Positions 32,451-39,892 of a DNA stretch of 64,000 bases are shown piece by piece; position 1 is the stretch's first letter, and the number at the start of each line of letters is the position of its first letter. The notes below the pieces were generated by a model that had not been told where the DNA came from, did not search any database, and saw only the letters and a program-made list of their open reading frames with translations. Made by a program: the position numbers and the translations under genes. This DNA comes from an uncultured bacterium (GTDB lineage: Bacteria > Planctomycetota > UBA1135 > GCA-002686595), in contig CALSNU010000005.1 of the NCBI GenBank assembly GCA_943787795.1, positions 64,001-128,000 on the forward strand, read 5' to 3'.

Positions 32451-35087
32451 TCACTGGGACTCGAGCGAGTTCGCGACCGACTCGCGGATGTTGGTGATCG
32501 TGGCCTTGACCAGCACCATGAGTGAGCTGCGCTCGTCGTTGAAGCCCTCGCTCTTGAAGAGGAAGCCAAGGACCGGGATCTGCCCAATCCACGGGACTTC
32601 CGCGCGGCGCTCAATGTTGCGGATCCGGGACAGCCCGCCCAGGAGCAGCGAGCCGCCATCCGGGAGGAAGGCGCTCGTGTTCACGCTCTGGACCTCAAGC
32701 TCGGGGAGCTGGAACTCGACCGGGGCGGTGTTGCCACCGAGGGTGGTCGAGAAGTTCCGGAGCGCGACAACCTTGGCCACGGTGGGCTGAATCTCGAGCC
32801 GCAGCCACTGGCGGTTCTCGAGGATGGTGGGTCGCACGTCGAGGACCACGCCCTCGTTGAGGACGTTGACCACCGGGTCGGCGACCGCCTGGAACTGGGC
32901 GACCTCAACGTCGAAGTCCTGGATGTAGGCGCGCTGGTTCAGCACCGCCACGTAGGCGCGCTGGGAGTCCTGGACGCTGAGCATCTGGCTGTTGACGATC
33001 TCGCTCTTCTCGCTCTTCTCCACGGCGCGGAGAATCGAGGAGACCTCCGAGTCGTCGAAGAAGGTCATCTGGAAGCTCAGGCCCCCGATGGTGCTCAGGC
33101 TGCTGCCGAGAGCCGTCTCGAAGAAGTTCTGCGTGGTCGCGCTGAAGGCGCCGTCCAGGCCATCGTCGAAGAAGAGACCCGCGCTGGGCGCGCCGGCCGC
33201 GTTCGTGCCGTCCGTGCCCGTGCCGCCGTTGTCGAGGCCGAGCGATGCCTGGTCCTCGAGGCCGTTCGTGACGTCCTCCAGCACCCGGTCATCCAGGCCG
33301 CGGAAGTCGTTCCCGATCTCCTGAATGAAGTTGTCGGTGACCTCGAGGAACTTGGACTCGATGGTGACGAGCGACGAGTTGAAGCGACGGAGGTCGTTCA
33401 GGAACTCGACGATCTGCATCTGGACCTCAGGGGTCTGGGTGACGAGCAGGTTGGTCTCGCCGACCTCGATGCCAACACCTTCCACTTCCCAGGAGTCCGG
33501 CGCGACGGTGTCCGTGATCAGCGTCTGGAGGTTCTCCAGCTCGATGATCCGCGGTGCCTCGCCGATGGCGCCGAAGGGGCCGCCGCCGTCGTCGTCCTCG
33601 AGCTGGTCGATCAGACGGATCCGGTCGATGCGCGGGCCCTGGAAGTCCGTGAGCGCGAAGATCAGGTCGGACACGTCGTGCACGACCGGCTCCGGTGCAC
33701 CGACGGCCTTCTCGGCGCTGGTGACGAGGACCGCGTCGAACATGATCGTCCAGCGGATCTCTTCGCCTGATGCGGCGACGATCCGGTTGATCGCCTGCTC
33801 GGCGGACAACTCGTTCTGGAAGTTGAAGTTGTAGACGACGCCCTCATCAGAGACGAGGTCCTCGGCGGCCTGGTCGACAATGATGGGGAGGTTTGTGAAG
33901 TCGGCGACGTAGCCCATCACGACCTTCAGGCTCTCCTCGTCCTCGATGCTCGGCAGCGTCACCTTGGTGGTAGCGAGCGCCGTCCGAAGCTCCGCCTCGA
34001 TGGGGGAGATCTTCTTCGAGGGGTTGTAGACGCGCTTGGAGCGGAGGATCGACTTGCGGCGCCACTCGTCGGCGTCGGGAAGCGTGATGATCTCGTTGCG
34101 GGCGATCCGCATCTCCTCGAGCTGCTCGCGGTACTCCTTGAACTGCTCGCTCTTCTTGACGATGTAGTCCGCCTGAACCTGCTGACGGCTGGCCCGGAAG
34201 GCCGCCGTGCGGATCTCTTCGGCCTGGTCGTTCCTCGGCTGCTTGGTGAGCGCGAGGCGAGCGGCCTCTTCAGCGTCCCGGTATCGGCCTTCTTCGAACG
34301 CCGTCGCAGCCTCGGTGACGATGAGGTCGACCTGGGCCTGCTGGCGGTCCGCCTCGGCGGTCTCCTTCTGCTTGAGCATCTCGAAGGCCTCCCTCCGAGT
34401 CATGTCCTTCTCGGACTTCTCAGCAACGCTGCGCTCTTGCTCGGTTTGCGCGAGGAGATCGCGGACCTCGACGTCCGTGCCTTCCCAGTCGATGTCGTAT
34501 CCACCGACCTCGATCTTGGTTCGGGCAAGCCGCAGCTCGGCGATGGCGCCGGCGTAGTCGCCGCGCTGCTTCATCATCTTGGCGTCGCTCAGGTCCTGGC
34601 GGACGGCGACCTTGAGCTGCTCGAGCTTCAGCGAGAACCGGGAGGCTTCCGCGTCGCCGATGGCGTTGACGCCGTCGGGGCGGTCGAGCAACGCGGCCAG
34701 TTCGGCGCGCATTCGCTTCGCCTCAAGGCTCTCGCCGTTGATGGCGAGCGCTCGATCGACCTGGGCCAACGCCTCTTCGAGCATGAGCTGTTGCTTCATC
34801 TCGGAGGCGCGTGCCATGGCGGAGTCGAAGAGCAGCCTGTTCTTCTGCTCGCGCAGGGTCAGGAGCTCAGCGTCGTCCCCGGCCTGATCATCCTGCGCGG
34901 CGGCAGCGCCGCCAGCGCGTTCGATCGTGGAGGGGTCGATAGTGGCGCGGCGACCTTCGCTGGTCGTGCTGACTTCGGCGTCCTGGGGGGCCTCGGAAGA
35001 GGTCGAAGCGCATCCCAGGAGAGCCATAGAGGCGCTGCCGGAGATGAGCAGGAAGGACACGTTGAGGGCGGGGCCGGTGATCCTCAT
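32451..35087 (-). CDS. Secretin-family outer-membrane protein (paralogue 2), lipoprotein with long helical N-terminal region
   Basis: Lipobox ALLGC. N3-like LLVTQTPEVQMQIVEFLNDLRR, VTIESKFLEV. Secretin C-domain GVVLDVRPTI...LPDGGSLLLGGL...VPWIGQIPVLGFLF...LMVLVKATI. Confidence 0.88.
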   Translation of the reverse strand: MRITGPALNVSFLLISGSASMALLGCASTSSEAPQDAEVSTTSEGRRATIDPSTIERAGGAAAAQDDQAGDDAELLTLREQKNRLLFDSAMARASEMKQQLMLEEALAQVDRALAINGESLEAKRMRAELAALLDRPDGVNAIGDAEASRFSLKLEQLKVAVRQDLSDAKMMKQRGDYAGAIAELRLARTKIEVGGYDIDWEGTDVEVRDLLAQTEQERSVAEKSEKDMTRREAFEMLKQKETAEADRQQAQVDLIVTEAATAFEEGRYRDAEEAARLALTKQPRNDQAEEIRTAAFRASRQQVQADYIVKKSEQFKEYREQLEEMRIARNEIITLPDADEWRRKSILRSKRVYNPSKKISPIEAELRTALATTKVTLPSIEDEESLKVVMGYVADFTNLPIIVDQAAEDLVSDEGVVYNFNFQNELSAEQAINRIVAASGEEIRWTIMFDAVLVTSAEKAVGAPEPVVHDVSDLIFALTDFQGPRIDRIRLIDQLEDDDGGGPFGAIGEAPRIIELENLQTLITDTVAPDSWEVEGVGIEVGETNLLVTQTPEVQMQIVEFLNDLRRFNSSLVTIESKFLEVTDNFIQEIGNDFRGLDDRVLEDVTNGLEDQASLGLDNGGTGTDGTNAAGAPSAGLFFDDGLDGAFSATTQNFFETALGSSLSTIGGLSFQMTFFDDSEVSSILRAVEKSEKSEIVNSQMLSVQDSQRAYVAVLNQRAYIQDFDVEVAQFQAVADPVVNVLNEGVVLDVRPTILENRQWLRLEIQPTVAKVVALRNFSTTLGGNTAPVEFQLPELEVQSVNTSAFLPDGGSLLLGGLSRIRNIERRAEVPWIGQIPVLGFLFKSEGFNDERSSLMVLVKATITNIRESVANSLESQ

Positions 35088-35882
35088 GCGGGGAAGACTC
35101 ACGTCGAATGCAAGGAGGTGGGGGGAGGAAGCGTGGAGGTGTCGAGACCTCTGCAGCTACCGGTAGAAAATCGATTGGCTACCGGGGATTAGCCGGATCG
35201 CAGTCGACGAACTTTGGGGGGGGAGGGACACGCGGACCAGGGCGTTCTCTGTTGGGAGGTCACCGACGGGCCGAGATCGACAGCAGCTGGGGAGCCACCG
35301 CGCCCGAACTCTCTTTCCAGTGGACGCGTGCTGCGTTTGCCGGGAAGAAGGAATGGGTCCAAGAGAGTAAGGAAGGGGTCGGGGACCGTCAAAGGCCCTG
35401 AGGCGAATCACCCCCATGAACTGAGGTCGGCCGGGGCACCTCGCCGCCGGGTAGAGGGGGTCCAGCAGGCCGCGGAGTTGGGACCGCGCCACGTGGGACT
35501 CGGCCGTCACTGGACGGATAGGGCAATGGATTGGCGAACCGGGCGGGGGAGGGGGCGCCGCTGGTCCGCCTCGCTGCCTCGGTGATCGGCAGCCCGGCCG
35601 ACGGGGGCCACGGGGAGAGAGCGACTCGGAGGGCGGCGGAGAGGTGATGCAGCGCCCTTTGCTCCCAAGAGGAGGGGGCCGATCCGAGATTGAAGCTTGG
35701 GGTCGGAGGGGGGGCGTAGTGCCTTGAGCCCCGGGGGCCCGGGGGCCTGGGGGCCGGGGCGAACACAAGAACTGGAGTCGATCCTGGGCGAGCCGGAGTG
35801 GATCTCGAGTGAGAGTGGGGCGGGGAGATCGCGAGGTGCCCCGCCGGCCAACTCACCGGGCCAGCGGCTCAAGGCTCGGGTG

Positions 35883-35957
35883 GTCGATCTGGAGCCCGTT
35901 GATCTGGAGGCTGTCGATCTTGAGCCCGTCGATCTGGGGTCCGTCGATCTGGGGTCC
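35883..35957. repeat. 15-bp tandem repeat, 5 copies (GTCGATCTGGRGYCC), each containing GATC
   Basis: Units at 35883, 35898, 35913, 35928 and 35943. Confidence 0.88.
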
Positions 35958-36189
35958 AGGGGCAGCGCTGAGCGGACGGTGACCGGGGTCTGCCCGCGCC
36001 CGAGGGTGCGTTGGGCTTGCGTCTTGTGGAGCGCCTCCGACTCGATCGGGGCCTGAAGGCGATGCCCGCGCGGAGCGATCTCCCCTCGTGGTCCTCCGGG
36101 AGAGGCTCATCCCCTTGCTCGCCTTGGGGTTCACGCTCCGCCACGGCCCCCTCGAGGCTCCCACCCCACAGCGAGCCCCAAGTCCCTTC

Positions 36190-36258
36190 CCGGGGAGCCT
36201 CCTTTCAACCGGGGAGCCTCCTTTCAGCCGGGGAGCCTCCGTTCCACCGGGGAGCTCC
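36190..36258. repeat. 19-bp tandem repeat, about 3.5 copies (CCGGGGAGCCTCCTTTCAA)
   Basis: Units at 36190, 36209 and 36228, partial unit at 36247. Confidence 0.88.
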
Positions 36259-36330
36259 TGCCCAGGGGAAGCCCCCTGGTCCGATGGGAGACTCTGCTCC
36301 CGAGGGGAGATCCGATGCTCACCAAGATGA

Positions 36331-36368
36331 GCAGCACCCCCAGGCGATGGATCGCCTGGGGGTGCTGC
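36331..36368 (-). terminator. Perfect 18-bp inverted repeat downstream of the second exbD
   Basis: GCAGCACCCCCAGGCGAT-GG-ATCGCCTGGGGGTGCTGC. Confidence 0.6.
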
Positions 36369-36424
36369 CGGGATGGGCCGCCGGTGGCGGACCGAGAGGC
36401 CTCTGGGGCCAAGACCTCTCGCGA

Positions 36425-36964
36425 TCAGCGCTCGAACGAGCCCTTGAACGTGATGTCCGTGTACCCGGCGTCCATCGCGGCGTCGAGCACGAGGACCACA
36501 TCGAGGTTGTTGATGTCCGTCCGGGGGTCGATCGTGGCCTTCTTCTCGGGCTCGGCTTTGATGAAGGCCTTGAGTGAGTCGACGACCTCCGACAGCTCGC
36601 TGGTCCGCTTGGAACCCACGGTGTACCGGATGACCCGCGAGCCGGGCTTGTAGACGAAGCGGCGGTTGGCCTCGACGTCGTCATCCGTGTAGGGCACGAG
36701 GCCGTCCCGGGTCACGCGCATCTTCTCGCCGGGCTGCAGCACGTCGAGGCGGATGTCGACCTTCTCGACCGGCTCAGCCTGGCTCGTGTTGACGCCCACG
36801 TCCTTCGGGAGGTACGCGCCGAGCTTGCCTTCGAGCACTTTGAACTTCAGCGTGCACATGAAGAAGATGAGCAGCAGGAAGGTGACGTCGATCATCGGCG
36901 TCATCTGCAGCTCGCACTTCTCGTTCATGATCTCGCCGAGGGCGCTTCCTTTCTTCTTGGCCAT
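36425..36964 (-). CDS. ExbD/TolR-family protein (second copy)
   Basis: QMTPMIDVTFLLLIFFM with the conserved TM Asp. C-terminal ATIDP...DVVLVLDAAMDAGYTDITF. Confidence 0.9.
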   Translation of the reverse strand: MAKKKGSALGEIMNEKCELQMTPMIDVTFLLLIFFMCTLKFKVLEGKLGAYLPKDVGVNTSQAEPVEKVDIRLDVLQPGEKMRVTRDGLVPYTDDDVEANRRFVYKPGSRVIRYTVGSKRTSELSEVVDSLKAFIKAEPEKKATIDPRTDINNLDVVLVLDAAMDAGYTDITFKGSFER

Positions 36965-37025
36965 GTCTATTTGACTCCCTTGTGTTGGGGGCGGACCGAG
37001 CGGGCGAGCGAGCTCGCCCCGCCGG

Positions 37026-37535
37026 TCACTCGCCGCCCTCGTTGGTGTCGGGGGTGGAGACGGCGAGTTGCAGCTTCCAGATCTGCGTTCCGTCCTGACC
37101 GCAGCGCTCCATGATGTACTGCACGTACTTGAACGGCGTGACCTGGTCCGCGCGGATCAGGACGGGCTCATCGGGCACTTCGATGTTGCTCCCGGGGGCG
37201 ATCGGAGCGCGCTCCATGTTGTCGGCGGCGAACTTCAGCCACTTATCGAGGTCGTTCCACTTCTCCGGGCCGAGGTTCACGTCCGGGTCGAAGTAGGTCT
37301 TCTTCTTGATGATCATCGTCCCGTCGTGCGGGAGGTTGATGACCGGCCGCCACTCCTTGGGGTCGGGCTTATCCGGTTGGGCATGCTCAGCCACCGGGAG
37401 GTCAACGTCCTCCAGGTCCTGCTGGGTCATGTCCGTGATGATCATGAAGAAGATGATCAGGAGGAAGACGACGTCGATCATCGGCGTCATGTCCATCTCC
37501 ATCTCTGTCTCTGAGTCGTGCTTTGCCAGGTTCAT
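37026..37535 (-). CDS. ExbD/TolR-family protein (first copy)
   Basis: DMTPMIDVVFLLIIFFMI, VDLPVA, VLIRADQVTPFKYVQYIMERC. Confidence 0.92.
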   Translation of the reverse strand: MNLAKHDSETEMEMDMTPMIDVVFLLIIFFMIITDMTQQDLEDVDLPVAEHAQPDKPDPKEWRPVINLPHDGTMIIKKKTYFDPDVNLGPEKWNDLDKWLKFAADNMERAPIAPGSNIEVPDEPVLIRADQVTPFKYVQYIMERCGQDGTQIWKLQLAVSTPDTNEGGE

Positions 37536-37673
37536 GTGCAGTCTCCGTTGGAGCGTTCAGCGGCGCGTGGGCCTCTCTCTGAGTCGTGGTGTTGGCGGGG
37601 CGGGACAATCCCGACCCCGTTAGCCGGCGGCCGGCGGGTTCCCGGTGGGAGCCCCGCCGTCGCCGGCAGCGGC

Positions 37674-38381
37674 TCAGGTCTGCGGGCGGAAGCGCTCGAA
37701 GAGGTCCTCGACGATGGCACCGGTCTCGATGATCGTCTTGATGAGGCGGTTGCGCAGGAAGGCGAAGGCCGCCGTCACCGGGATGGCAACGATCAGGCCG
37801 AGCATGGTGGTCAGGAGCGCCTGCGAGATACCGGCGGCGAGGTCGGCCGGGTTGGCCTGGCCCTGCGAGCGAGCGATCTCGTTGAACGCGGTGACCATGC
37901 CCATCACGGTGCCGAGCAGTCCCATCATGGGGGCCACGTTGGCGATCAGGGAGAGCCAGCCGATCTTCTGGTGGAGCTTGATCGACTCCTCGTCGCCCAT
38001 CTCCTCGAGCGACTTCTCAAGCACGTCGTAGGAGTGCCCGATCTTGGAGATGCCGGCGCCGCAGACGCGGGTGAAGTAGGTCTCTTCTTCCTCGCAGAGG
38101 TCCATGGCCTCCTGGAACTTCTCCTCGTTGAAGAGGACTTCGATGTCGTCGATGAGCTCCGGCGGTGCGAGCTTGTCGCGCTTCAGGGACATCGTGTTCT
38201 CGATGATCACCGCAAGCGCGACGATCGAGAGGAGCATGATGCACCAGCCGACCGGGCCAGCGTTCTTGAAGACGTCACCGGCCGTGGTGTTCTGGGCCAT
38301 GGCCGGAGTCGCCGTCGAAAGGAAGACGAGGCCGGCAGCAGCTGCAGGTGCCAGTCGAGCGAGGAGGGAGTTCGCGTTCAT
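37674..38381 (-). CDS. MotA/TolQ/ExbB proton channel protein with signal-peptide-like N-terminus
   Basis: IANVAPMMGLLGTVMGMVTAF and AGISQALLTTMLGLIVAIP. N-terminal ...ATPAMA-Q. Confidence 0.93.
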   Translation of the reverse strand: MNANSLLARLAPAAAAGLVFLSTATPAMAQNTTAGDVFKNAGPVGWCIMLLSIVALAVIIENTMSLKRDKLAPPELIDDIEVLFNEEKFQEAMDLCEEEETYFTRVCGAGISKIGHSYDVLEKSLEEMGDEESIKLHQKIGWLSLIANVAPMMGLLGTVMGMVTAFNEIARSQGQANPADLAAGISQALLTTMLGLIVAIPVTAAFAFLRNRLIKTIIETGAIVEDLFERFRPQT

Positions 38382-38669
38382 TGGGATGGCTGGGGGGCGT
38401 GTCGAGCCTCACCGAGACTCCGAAGAGCGGAGCGGAGAGCGTCGAGGGACCGTGGGCTCGCCGAACCCTGGAGGTGACCGGAAGGGACACCGGGGCGGCG
38501 AGGGGAGAATTGGATTGGGGTAGGGAGACCGGGGGGATCGAGTCCCGGTCGGACGGGAACCGCTCGCAGAGATGCATGCGGAGCCCGAGGACTTGGTGGC
38601 TGCGGGCCCAGGGGCCGTTTTCCGGACAGAGAACGTACCGCCCGCTGGGCCATCGGCAACCGTGATGTT

Positions 38670-39836
38670 TTACAACGATTCGAGAAGTTGCGCCGCCTTG
38701 CGTGCCGAAGGCGTCGCGCCGTACTGAGACGCCACGTTCCTGAGGGCTGTCTTCGCGGCGTTGGCGTCCCCGGGCTCACCGGCGGCGATGCCCGCTTCGG
38801 CGAGCCCGACCAGCGCTTCCGCCCTGCGGTCAGCTGACGTGTGATCGAGGCCTGCGACCCAGGCGAACTCGAACTGAGCCTTGCGGAGGTCGCCCTCTGC
38901 GAGCCAGGCGTGCCCGAGCCCGAGGTGGGCGGCCGCCATGCCGGCCGAGGTCTCGCTGCTCTTGGCGGCGGACTCGAAGGTCCGGCGGACGCTCTTGGCG
39001 TCACCGGAGGCGGCCTTGGTGATCGCCTCGCCCATGCCCGCGACCTCGGCACCAGCAGCCGCAGCGGCGGCCACGGCGGCGTTCTCGCTCTCGACGGCTC
39101 CGAAGGCTGCGGCCGCGAGGTCGAAGAGCTCCCGGGCGCCGACGTTGTCGCCGGCGCTGATGGCGGCGTAGGCGGCCTGCATTGCAGCGTCCGCGGTCGC
39201 GATGGCGGAGTAGCCCTCCGCTCCGCCCTTGCCCGTCTCAAAGAGCGCGCGATACCCGTCCCGGGCAGCGGCGGCGTCGCCGTTCAGCCACTGGGCGCGG
39301 GACTTCATGGCGAGGACCATGGGGACCTGCCGCGCGGAGGGGAAGTCGGTCATGAAGCGGTCGCACTCGCTGGCGACGTCCCCGAACCGGGTCATGTCCG
39401 TGGCGGCCAGCGCCATGAGCGAGGTGGCCGCCTGCAGGCGGGCCTCGGCTCGCAGGGGATCGCGCACCTCGGAGTCGCCCGCGGCCTCCTGGAAGCTCTG
39501 CACGGCCTCTTCCCAGGCGCCCCGGCCCGCGTAGGTTCCGCCGTCACTGAAGGCGCTGGAGCCGCTGCCCCATGCGATCTGAATCACCTCGGCCGACTTG
39601 ATCGAGATCTCCCGTCCATCGCGCCGGGTCACCTTCACGTTGTCGAGACCATCCTTGGTGACCGTCCCGGTGACGGTGCTGGCCTTGTTGGTCTTCGGGT
39701 TCACACGGAACACCTGGTCCGGCTTGGACTGAGGGGCCGCCAGTGCGGGGGCCACCAGCATCGCGCAGGCAGCGAGCGCTGCGGGGGCGAGGCGTCGTAG
39801 GGAGCGGGGGAGCGTGGGGAGGGTGGCGATCTTCAT
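38670..39836 (-). CDS. Exported TPR-like protein
   Basis: Sec signal (..LAACAMLVAPALA), small beta-rich N-domain, helical repeats. C-terminal AHLGLGHAWLAEGDLRKAQFEF...VASQYGATPSARKA resembles CpoB/YbgF-type TPR ends. Confidence 0.7.
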   Translation of the reverse strand: MKIATLPTLPRSLRRLAPAALAACAMLVAPALAAPQSKPDQVFRVNPKTNKASTVTGTVTKDGLDNVKVTRRDGREISIKSAEVIQIAWGSGSSAFSDGGTYAGRGAWEEAVQSFQEAAGDSEVRDPLRAEARLQAATSLMALAATDMTRFGDVASECDRFMTDFPSARQVPMVLAMKSRAQWLNGDAAAARDGYRALFETGKGGAEGYSAIATADAAMQAAYAAISAGDNVGARELFDLAAAAFGAVESENAAVAAAAAAGAEVAGMGEAITKAASGDAKSVRRTFESAAKSSETSAGMAAAHLGLGHAWLAEGDLRKAQFEFAWVAGLDHTSADRRAEALVGLAEAGIAAGEPGDANAAKTALRNVASQYGATPSARKAAQLLESL

Positions 39837-39892
39837 CACAGTCTCGGGGAGATCGGGCGTCGCGGGGGCGTGGAGAGAGAGGGGGGAGGCGA

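Noticed and set aside
35697..36056. ORF with VDLEP repeats
   Set aside because: Merely the translation of the 15-bp DNA repeat; the rest is low-complexity and opposite to the locus orientation.
36190..36258. Repeat arrays as possible CRISPR (also 1729, 51907, 59157, 61789)
   Set aside because: Units are contiguous, shorter than 20 bp, have no unique spacers, and there are no cas genes.
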